DNA of 64,000 bases, taken from assembly GCA_965214935.1 (NCBI GenBank), contig CBDCCS010000015.1, positions 17,791 to 81,790 on the forward strand. Direction: 5' to 3'. The notes beneath the pieces were generated by a model that saw nothing but the letters and a program-made list of their open reading frames with translations, did not search any database and was not told the origin of the DNA. Position 1 is the stretch's first letter. The number at the start of each line of letters is the position of its first letter. The position numbers were made by a program, and so were the translations under genes. This document shows positions 56,051-64,000 of this stretch, piece after piece. The stretch comes from Candidatus Velthaea sp. (lineage in GTDB: Bacteria; Vulcanimicrobiota; Vulcanimicrobiia; Vulcanimicrobiales; Vulcanimicrobiaceae).

Positions 56051-56547
56051 TGCTTGCCGTTGCCGACGCTAGAGAAGCGCAGATCGTTGCCGACTTTCCG
56101 ATTCTGGCCAAACCGACGTCACGCGGCAAGCGTCTTGTTTTCCTCGATTCGGCGGCAAGTTCGCAAAAACCGCAAGTCGTCATCGACGCGCTCGTCGATT
56201 ACTATTCCTCGTACAACGCAAACATTCACCGCGGCGTTTACGAACTCGCCGCACGCGCAACCGACGCCTTCGAGGCAGCGCGCGGGAAGGTCGCGCGCTT
56301 CATCAATGCCGCCGAACCGGCGGAAGTTATTTGGACGCGCAATACCACCGAAGCGATCAATCTTGTCAGCTTCTCGTGGGGACTCACGAATCTCCGGCCG
56401 GGCGATGCGATTCTAACGACCGAACTCGAGCATCACTCGAATCTGGTTCCATGGCAGTTACTGGCTGCAAAGACCGGTGCGGAATTGCGTTTCATTGCAG
56501 CCGACGCGGACGGCAATCTGCTGCTCGACGATCTCGAGGAAAAGCTG
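56047..56547 (+). CDS. sufS: Cysteine desulfurase, 5' fragment truncated at the junction
   Basis: [30 protein letters not shown] and [10 protein letters not shown]; homology ends at LDDLEEKL, before the PLP-binding lysine. Confidence 0.9.
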
Positions 56548-56684
56548 AGTCGCGGCGTCGCGCACGAGCCCGGCGTCGACCGCCGTCTCGAGCCCGTGCG
56601 AATAAGCGAAGGCCCCCACCGGGTAGGCGGGCGACAGCCATACCATCAACGGCAAGCCGGAGGGTGGCTCGGCCACGATGCCTG

Positions 56685-56688
<4 letters not shown>
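56548..56688 (-). CDS. ureF: Urease accessory protein UreF, 5' fragment truncated at the junction
   Basis: [31 protein letters not shown] overlap with ureE. Confidence 0.88.
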
Positions 56689-57245
<557 letters not shown>

Positions 57246-57267
57246 CAACTCCGTGCGCGGTACGACA

Positions 57268-57750
57268 TCAAGACTGGTCGTAAAGATCCGGCTCTTTGGG
57301 CAAGAAACCGTCGTCGAGCACCTGCTCGACCGTGAAGGGCGGTTGCTCCGGAAACAGAGTGAAATCGATGCCGGTCTCGGCCGCCGCTTTCAGGCGCCCT
57401 GAGCGGTAAGTCTCGTCGAAGTGCTCCGCGGGATATGAATTGAGGCTGGGGCTGTCCTCGATGACTCCGAGAAGCTTGCTTCGCTGATCACGGATCGTCG
57501 TCTGCCAGGACGGCGAGCGGCGACCCGGCTGATATTTCCACTTCAGCAGGTGCGCGACCAAGACGGCCATTCGGTTGCGGATCTCGCGCCGTTCCGACTT
57601 GCCCACGCCTTCCACCTCATCGACCAGGTGATCGAGATCGAGTTCGTCGAAGCGCCTTTCGCGCAGCAGGCGCGCCTGTTCGCGCGCCCATAGCACGACG
57701 TCCTCCTCGTAGGCGCTGACAGAGTTTCGCGCCAGGACAGCATCCGACAT
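57268..57750 (-). CDS. DUF29 domain protein
   Basis: YE.D..LW..EQA.LLR, LD..HL..E.E..G.SE, HLLKW.YQP, SW...I..QR, SPSL and ETG. Confidence 0.9.
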   Translation of the reverse strand: MSDAVLARNSVSAYEEDVVLWAREQARLLRERRFDELDLDHLVDEVEGVGKSERREIRNRMAVLVAHLLKWKYQPGRRSPSWQTTIRDQRSKLLGVIEDSPSLNSYPAEHFDETYRSGRLKAAAETGIDFTLFPEQPPFTVEQVLDDGFLPKEPDLYDQS

Positions 57751-57769
57751 GCGATTCCCCTTCCGACGC

Positions 57770-58066
57770 TCAGAGCACCTCAACCTTGTCGGGATGCACG
57801 ATCTCGACCTTCACTGACTCGACGAACTCCTTCGACACGCGCCGCCACTCGGCGACATGGGGCGACTCGAAGTGGGCCTGGAGCGCCTCGCGTGACGCCC
57901 AGCGCTCGACGAAGACGAATTGATTGGGCTCGGTGATGCTGCTGAAGAGGTCGTAGGATTGGCAACCCTCCTCCTTGTGGGTCGCGGCAATGACGGTGCG
58001 GGCGTTCTCGAGATAGTCGGCCCGCTTCTCGGGAAGGATGATGACGGTCGCGATCACAAAGACCAT
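57770..58066 (-). CDS. Putative quinol monooxygenase (ABM family)
   Basis: E.GC.SYDL and FVFVERW.S.EAL..HF..PH. Confidence 0.88.
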   Translation of the reverse strand: MVFVIATVIILPEKRADYLENARTVIAATHKEEGCQSYDLFSSITEPNQFVFVERWASREALQAHFESPHVAEWRRVSKEFVESVKVEIVHPDKVEVL

Positions 58067-58142
58067 GGGGGTTGCTCTCGACGTGGCGGTCCTACCCGCC
58101 ATTAAGGCGCGCTGGGCTGCGAAATCAACCGGAGCCGGGCCC

Positions 58143-60773
58143 CTACAGGCGCTTGACGTCGCCGAGGCCGCAAAAGTCGCGCTCGCGGCAGGTCAGCACC
58201 AGCACTTGCAGCGACTTGGCGGCGGTCTGCAGCACGCGGTGCATGCGCTCGAGGCGCCCTTCGTCGGTGTTGACCAAAGCATCGTCGAGGATCAGCGCCG
58301 ACGGCCGCCCCGAGGCGCGCAGGATGTCGGCGAGCGCCAGGCGGGTGATCACCGCCATCTGCTCGCGGGCCCCCATGCTGAGGGCCTGGAAGGGTTCATT
58401 GACGCCGTTGCGTCGGATCCCCTCGATCTCGAGCGTCTGCTCATTCAGCACGATCTCGCTGTGGGGGTCGAGGAACCTAAGATAGGGATGGACCCGCTGC
58501 CGCACGGGCCCGAGCCAACGCTCCTTCGAATCGCGTTGCGCCTCGGTCAGTGTGTCGAGCAGGAGGCGGCTCGCCTCGGCCTCGAGGTCCTGCGCCGCCT
58601 TATCGCGTTCGAGCCGCTCGATTTGTCCGGCCATATGGCTCAACTCCTCCCCGAGGCCGCCCTGGCCCAGAGCCCCGAGTTCGATTTCGAGCTCGCGTGC
58701 ATCTGCGGTCAGCCGAGCGAGGTCGGCTCGAACGCTCCGCTCGGCGCCTTCGGCGCGCTCGAGATCGAGCCGGGCCGTGGCGGCATCGATGCCTTGGAGC
58801 TCGGTCTCGGCCAGCGCGAGCTCGGCTTGCGCGGTGGCCAGCGCGGCTTGCGCGTCGACGAGCCGCTCCCGCAGCCGGTCGTCCGGTTCGGCAGTCCGGG
58901 CGGCGGCGAGCTCGGACAAGGACGTCTCGCTTTGCGCTCTGGCGCGCGCCGCGCGATCGTCCGCGATGGCAAGATCGCGGGCAGCCTCTTCGCGGGCGCG
59001 GCGGGCGACCTCCTGGCCGGTCTTGGCGATCTCTTCAGCCTCGGTAGCAGCCTCGCGGGCCAAGCCGGCGTCCTCGATCGCCGTCTCATCGGCGCCGATG
59101 AGGGCCGTCACCTCGTCCGGCAGCGGCCGCGCCAGAGCGGCCCGTTCGTTCTCGACGGCCTGGCGCAAGGCGTCGAGCCCGCGCGGCGCCAGAGCCGACA
59201 GCAGCCGGTCGAGGCTCAAAACCTCGGCTTTCGCCTCGGCCAACCGTGCGATTTGCGCCTTGCCGATCGCCGCGCAGGGAAGCCCGAGATCGCGCAGTTT
59301 GTCGTCTCGAATGCGGACCTGCCTGTCAGCGGCGCGAGCGAGCTCGTCGATACCGCCACCCGGCCGGATCTTGAGTTGGCCGAACCCCTCAAGCGACAAA
59401 ACTGCATCTTGGTGGAGACACAGCGGGCCGTCAACAGCGACGGGCGTTCCATCGAGCGTGATCGCGCGGTCGCCCTCGGGCACGAAGTCGAGCTGCACGC
59501 TCGCGGCCGCCAGGGCCGACTTGGCATGATCGACCGCGCTCTGCAGCTTATCGAGCTCCGCTGCATCCTTGGGATTGATCGTGAGCGCCGACACCGAGGC
59601 CAGGATGTCGCGCCGCCGGGCCGCCTGCGCTTCGGCCTCCTGCAGTTGCCCGGCCATGACGTCGAACATCGCTTGCCGTCGGTGCCGGGCCAAAGCCTGC
59701 TCCACGCATTGGAGTTTTTGCTCGGCGCCAAGTCTCACTCCCCGTGCCGCCTCGGCCTGTCGTTCGCCGGCCTCGGCCACCGTCTGCTGCCGCCCCAGCA
59801 GGGTCCTGGCTTCGGCGGCGCGCTCCAGCGTGCGCTCGCACTCCCGCTCGGCCAGCTCCGCCCGACCCGTCGATTCAGTGCGGCGCTGCCGCCGTTCGAG
59901 CGCGATGTCGCGCTCCCGCTCCGCCGCCTCCAGCCGCCGCAAGCTGAGGTCGCGCGCCGCTTCGAGGTCTGCGGCGCGCTCGAGGCTGCGCCTGCCCTCG
60001 CTGACCGCGCGGATCGCCTTGACGAGCCGGTCGTCCCGCCGATGCCGCGCCAGAGCTTCGGTGCGGGTCGCCAGGGCCACGACCTTGCCGTCGAAGCGCT
60101 GCATGGCCTCTGCGGCTGTGACGGCTTGACCACGCAATTTTTCCAGCCGTTCACCGAGCGCCCGATAGTCTCCGCGCGGCTTGTCGTTGCGACCCCAGAA
60201 AAGGTGGTTGCGCTCCACGGCGGCGGCCACCAGAACCCGGCCGCGCTCGCCGCCGAGGATCTGGCCGATCTCCCCCTCGATCGCCGAGGCGAGGCTCGAC
60301 TTGCCGCCCTCGCCGATGCCGAGCGCGCGATGCGACTGGCCCTGCTCCACCCACAGCAGGCCGTAGAGGCCCTGGTGCTCGTCGGGCTTCGACTCGCCGC
60401 GCCCCTGCGGCGTGAAGCCGAGGAGTTCGGCCAGCCGGTCTTCGACCGCGTCCCCGACGATCCGCTCGCCGCCGCCCTCGAGTTCGGCCTCCGGCCGCTG
60501 GTGGAAGGCCTTGCGGAGGCGCCAGCGCCGGCCCGCGAGGTCGAAGTCGATGCTGATCTCCGGCCGCACGGTCTGCCCATAGGGTAGCATCCGCCGGATA
60601 TGCTCGCCGCTGGCCCGGTGACGCTCGAACAGCACGGCCCGCAAGGCGGCCAGCACGGTCGACTTGCCGGCCTCGTTGTCGCCGACGATCACGCTCAGGC
60701 CATCGCCGATGTCGTCGATCAGCGCATGGCCGAGTTTCTTGAAGTCGTGGATCTCGATGCGGCGGAGTTGCAT
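58143..60773 (-). CDS. YhaN/SbcC-like (Rad50-type) coiled-coil ABC ATPase
   Basis: Walker A GDNEAGKST, Q-loop WVEQG, long coiled coils, signature LSMGAREQ, Walker B LILDDALVNTD, LTCR. Confidence 0.9.
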   Translation of the reverse strand: MQLRRIEIHDFKKLGHALIDDIGDGLSVIVGDNEAGKSTVLAALRAVLFERHRASGEHIRRMLPYGQTVRPEISIDFDLAGRRWRLRKAFHQRPEAELEGGGERIVGDAVEDRLAELLGFTPQGRGESKPDEHQGLYGLLWVEQGQSHRALGIGEGGKSSLASAIEGEIGQILGGERGRVLVAAAVERNHLFWGRNDKPRGDYRALGERLEKLRGQAVTAAEAMQRFDGKVVALATRTEALARHRRDDRLVKAIRAVSEGRRSLERAADLEAARDLSLRRLEAAERERDIALERRQRRTESTGRAELAERECERTLERAAEARTLLGRQQTVAEAGERQAEAARGVRLGAEQKLQCVEQALARHRRQAMFDVMAGQLQEAEAQAARRRDILASVSALTINPKDAAELDKLQSAVDHAKSALAAASVQLDFVPEGDRAITLDGTPVAVDGPLCLHQDAVLSLEGFGQLKIRPGGGIDELARAADRQVRIRDDKLRDLGLPCAAIGKAQIARLAEAKAEVLSLDRLLSALAPRGLDALRQAVENERAALARPLPDEVTALIGADETAIEDAGLAREAATEAEEIAKTGQEVARRAREEAARDLAIADDRAARARAQSETSLSELAAARTAEPDDRLRERLVDAQAALATAQAELALAETELQGIDAATARLDLERAEGAERSVRADLARLTADARELEIELGALGQGGLGEELSHMAGQIERLERDKAAQDLEAEASRLLLDTLTEAQRDSKERWLGPVRQRVHPYLRFLDPHSEIVLNEQTLEIEGIRRNGVNEPFQALSMGAREQMAVITRLALADILRASGRPSALILDDALVNTDEGRLERMHRVLQTAAKSLQVLVLTCRERDFCGLGDVKRL

Positions 60774-60777
60774 GGCT

Positions 60778-61899
60778 TCAGCGCTGCCGAACGTGATCGA
60801 GGTAGAGCATCCGCAGCGCGACGCGCGCCGCACCGCGCTCGGGGTGCTGCGCGTCGTCGGCCTTGGCCTTCAGCCGCTCGATCGCCAGCCTGACGAACCC
60901 GCCGGTGTCGATGGCGTCGAGGTCGTCGGTGGTCGGTTCGTCGCAGAGAGCGGTGAGGTCGGTATCGAGATGGTGGAAACGCGCCTGCCAATTGTCCATC
61001 TCGCGATCGAGACGATGCCGCTCGCTGAGGCTGATCGAGCCGGAGACCCGAAGCGCCACCACCGACCGGGCGACTTCGGCGTCGAGGTCCGCCAAGGCCA
61101 GGAGCACCCGGTCCGCGGTGCCGTCGACGAGCTCGACGTCGAGCCGGCTCCAGCGGTAGTGGCCGACCCTTACGGGCTCGACCCGCGCCGGCGCGCCGGG
61201 GCTGTCGATGGTGACGACATGAGCGAGGCCGCTGTCGTTCGAGCGATGCCGGTCCGTCTCGGGCGTGCCGGAGTACCAGGTCTGCGGGGCGATCTGCAGC
61301 GCGCCGTGCCAGTCACCGAGCGCCAGGTAGCTCAGGCCGGCGCGCCGGGCTCGATCCGCGTCGATCGTGTTGCTGGCCTCGGCCTGGGCCGGCAGGCGGC
61401 CCGCAACCGTGCCGTGCGCCAGGCCGATGCGGATCGTCCGGTCCGGCGTCGCGGCGTCGTCGAACCACTCCGTCTGGTCGAGCACCTCGCGCTGCCGCCG
61501 CAACGGCGCCGGCAAGACGCTGGCGCGCCCGCCCGCAAGTGCGATCGGCTCCGGACGGTCGGCGATGACAATGTTGGACGGCAGGTCCTTGGCCCTGAGG
61601 CGAGTCCAGACGCTATGCGTCAAGGCGGCGTCGTGGTTGCCGGGCAGGAAGACCCACGCGCCGTCATAGCCCTGCAGGGCGCCGAGGGCCTGGAACAGGG
61701 TGCGGTCGCTGACCTGGTTGCTGTCGAAGGCGTCGCCGGCCACCAGCACCGCATCGACCTCGCGGGCGCGGGCCAGCTCGGCCAGCTTGGCCACGGTGGC
61801 GACGCGTTGCGTCCGCAAGGCGCTTCCCGCATCGCCCGGCACGTTGCCGAACGGCTTGCCGATCTGCCAATCCGCCGTGTGGAGAAAGCGGAAGCTCAT
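60778..61899 (-). CDS. YhaO/SbcD-like (Mre11-type) metallophosphoesterase nuclease
   Basis: HTADWQIG, AGDAFD, PGNHD, LAHG, LGDWH and YSGTPE. Confidence 0.92.
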   Translation of the reverse strand: MSFRFLHTADWQIGKPFGNVPGDAGSALRTQRVATVAKLAELARAREVDAVLVAGDAFDSNQVSDRTLFQALGALQGYDGAWVFLPGNHDAALTHSVWTRLRAKDLPSNIVIADRPEPIALAGGRASVLPAPLRRQREVLDQTEWFDDAATPDRTIRIGLAHGTVAGRLPAQAEASNTIDADRARRAGLSYLALGDWHGALQIAPQTWYSGTPETDRHRSNDSGLAHVVTIDSPGAPARVEPVRVGHYRWSRLDVELVDGTADRVLLALADLDAEVARSVVALRVSGSISLSERHRLDREMDNWQARFHHLDTDLTALCDEPTTDDLDAIDTGGFVRLAIERLKAKADDAQHPERGAARVALRMLYLDHVRQR

Positions 61900-62111
61900 G
61901 TCTGATCCTGATGTGCCGCATGGAACCCATTGGCCTCGGGTTCCCGATTCGTTCAAGCTTAACCGGTTCGGTGAGTCGAATGTGCGGCATGCCACGCGCG
62001 CATGGGATTCTGCACAGGTTTCGGGTCATGTCGGGCAGGATCAAACCTCTGAAAGTTCGGTGTGGTTCAACCCCGGTACACTCGATTATGGTGGGCCATG
62101 CTGAGGTTCTG

Positions 62112-62741
62112 ATGTGGTTCGAACGGCACGATCTCTTAGCCGCCCTCGGCGAAGTCGGGGCGGAAGCCTGGGCGGCCGGCAAGGTCATCGATCTTTGTGT
62201 CTATGGCGGCTCTTGCCTGATGTTGGTCTCGGATTTTCGCGTGGCGAGTGCCGATGTCGACGCCGTTGCTGTCACCGATCAAGGTTTTGTCGACCAAATA
62301 GCCCGAGCGATCGCGGAGCGTCACGGGTGGCCCGGCGACTGGCTCAACGATGGAGTGCGAACCTATCTCAGTCCTGCTGTGGACGCGCCGGACCACCACC
62401 TCATGATCGGGACCTACCCGTCGGAACAGACTCCTGGACTGCGGGTGTATGTTCCCACGGCGGAGTACATGCTTGCCATGAAGCTGATGGCCATGCGCAT
62501 CGACGCCGCTTCGGACAGCAAGGATCTCGACGACATCGTCAATCTGATGCAGGTCGTTGGCATCAGGTCAGGAAAAGACCTGGTCGACGCCGCGTCGCGG
62601 TACTATCCCGAGGCGAAGGTCAGCGCCAAGCTGCTGTTGTCCGCGAACTCGCTCATCGCCCAAGCCCAGAGCAGGAAGACGCTCGGCCATGAAACGCCCC
62701 GGTACTTTGGTGGAGGTCGCGACGGAGGCGATGGCGGGTGA
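62112..62741 (+). CDS. DUF6036-like nucleotidyltransferase (Pol-beta fold, AbiEii/MenT-like), putative toxin
   Basis: YGGS.L, SADVDAV, WLND.V and YMLAMKL.A.R....KD.DD. Confidence 0.78.
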   Translation: MWFERHDLLAALGEVGAEAWAAGKVIDLCVYGGSCLMLVSDFRVASADVDAVAVTDQGFVDQIARAIAERHGWPGDWLNDGVRTYLSPAVDAPDHHLMIGTYPSEQTPGLRVYVPTAEYMLAMKLMAMRIDAASDSKDLDDIVNLMQVVGIRSGKDLVDAASRYYPEAKVSAKLLLSANSLIAQAQSRKTLGHETPRYFGGGRDGGDGG

Positions 62742-63078
62742 GCAGGATTTCCGCATCGCGTTGGCCGGCTTCCTGGACACCTTCTACATGCAGCCGGCGC
62801 TGCGCCAGTCGATGATCGACGCAGAGCCGGCCATCACCGGGACGGCGTTGACGGATGCCTACATTGGTGCCGTCGGCGAGCACCTGGCTCGGCGATGGAG
62901 CTTGCGCATTCCGACCTGGACGGACGATCCCCGGCGAACGCTCCACGAGCCCGTCTTTGCGGGCGGGATCGAGGCGCTGAAAGCCATGCTGCTCGTGCAA
63001 AGCCCGCTCGCTTTCCGCAAACGCATGATCTTCGTCGAGCACGAGCCGCTGAGGCGCGCCAGGATGCCGAGGTCGTGA
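62689..63078 (+). CDS. Conserved-looking hypothetical protein, putative partner/antitoxin of the nucleotidyltransferase
   Basis: FLD.FY, EP..TG....DA..GA..EHLA, P.W and SP.AFRKR.IFV; overlaps the upstream gene by 53 nt. Confidence 0.7.
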   Translation: MKRPGTLVEVATEAMAGEQDFRIALAGFLDTFYMQPALRQSMIDAEPAITGTALTDAYIGAVGEHLARRWSLRIPTWTDDPRRTLHEPVFAGGIEALKAMLLVQSPLAFRKRMIFVEHEPLRRARMPRS

Positions 63079-63125
63079 GACTCTTCCAACAAGGGCTCGC
63101 GGGTGAGTTCGCCGGTTCAGCAGGG

Positions 63126-64000
63126 TCACTCCGCCGGGCAGCGCTTCACGGCAAGCGCCGCGCGGCTCGACTGCAGGGCGCCCACTCCGACCAGAATGGC
63201 CGCCATGGCGAGGAGATCCAGCGGGCGCACGGGCTCGCCGACCCAAAGCGCGCCGATCAGCAGAGCCACGATCGGCGGGAGGTAGGTGACGCCGGACGCC
63301 GCGACGGCGCCCAGCCGATCGACGATGAAGTAATACAGAATATAGGCGATTCCCGTGCCGCAGAGCCCGAGACCGAAGACCAGTCCGATCGACGCTCGCG
63401 CGTCACGCAGGATGGCGGAGATGCCGAGCAGGTCGGTGGTGCCCAGCAGCAGCAGCAAGGCCAGACCGATCTGATAGGTGGTGAGCGCCAGGGGCGAGAG
63501 CCGCAGCGGGGTGATGAACTTGCGGGCATAGACGAAGGAGCAGCCGACGCTCAGCGAACCGGCGATCATGTCGAGCACGCCCGCGACGTTCACCTGGCTG
63601 ACATCGCCGGTCCACGGACGGGCGATGAGCAGCACCCCGACGAAGCCGAGAGCGGCGCCGCTGACCGACCGGGCGTTCAGCGGCTCCTCGCGCAGGAACA
63701 GCCAGGCCGTGAGGAAGGTGAATAGCGGAATGGCGCCGCTCAGCATGCCGGCCACGCTGGAGAGAAGCAGCGCCGTCCCTTTGGCAAAGGCCAGATAGTA
63801 GAGGGCGGTCGCCAGCAGGGCCATGAGCAGGAAGTGGTGCGCGTGGCGCCAGTGCGTCCAGCGCAGCTCGCGCCGGGCCAAAGCGAAGGCCAACAGGGGC
63901 AGGAAGCCGCAGACCACCCTCAGGAGAACGATCTGGGCCGGCGTGATGAGCGTTGCGGCCCATTTCGTGAAGATGAAATTGCTGCCCCAGATGAGGCCGA
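63126..64000 (-). CDS. DMT/EamA family transporter (5' end outside the window)
   Basis: IWGSNF at the edge; LSGAIPLFT, GTGIAYILYY and TYL.P.VAL.IG. Confidence 0.88.
   Translation of the reverse strand, partial: GLIWGSNFIFTKWAATLITPAQIVLLRVVCGFLPLLAFALARRELRWTHWRHAHHFLLMALLATALYYLAFAKGTALLLSSVAGMLSGAIPLFTFLTAWLFLREEPLNARSVSGAALGFVGVLLIARPWTGDVSQVNVAGVLDMIAGSLSVGCSFVYARKFITPLRLSPLALTTYQIGLALLLLLGTTDLLGISAILRDARASIGLVFGLGLCGTGIAYILYYFIVDRLGAVAASGVTYLPPIVALLIGALWVGEPVRPLDLLAMAAILVGVGALQSSRAALAVKRCPAE

Noticed and set aside
58038..60587. 849-aa + strand ORF antisense to the Rad50-like ATPase
   Set aside because: No recognisable motifs; long antisense ORFs are expected in high-GC, codon-biased genes, and the - strand ORF carries the full ABC-ATPase motifs

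Overview
The window has two parts that appear to come from different genomes, joined at about nt 56,547. Nt 1-56,547 is a compact chromosome segment; its gene content and style suggest an Eremiobacterota-like soil bacterium (inference). It carries dppA, pheA, a partial inositol cluster (iolC, iolD, iolE) interrupted by a decayed MarR/cupin pair, a YqcI/YcgG-DUF1989 pair followed by MFS and ArsB-type transporters, and a VPS10/BNR protein. It also has ndh, an amidase with an unlisted 57-aa membrane ORF, an M50 protease, a GT87-like protein, and three tandem peptide-binding proteins behind an AhbAB-like gene. Further on are a TolC with an ~82-aa Gly/Thr insert, a CrtD-like desaturase, nitrilase-NAGPA-tldD-tldE, TlpA plus a ResB-like gene, a GGDEF-EAL protein, folD, SOD, and a sufR/iscU-like pair divergent from sufC-sufD-sufS. 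At the junction, sufS (+) and ureF (-) are both cut mid-gene, with no mobile-element ends. Nt 56,548-64,000 is more GC-rich and alphaproteobacterial-like. It holds ureF', ureE, DUF29, an ABM monooxygenase, an Mre11/Rad50-like (YhaO/YhaN) pair, a divergent DUF6036-like nucleotidyltransferase with an overlapping partner (candidate toxin-antitoxin or defence module), and a partial EamA transporter. No rRNA, tRNA, CRISPR array, transposase or integrase was recognised. Family calls come from motifs recognised by eye, not from database searches.
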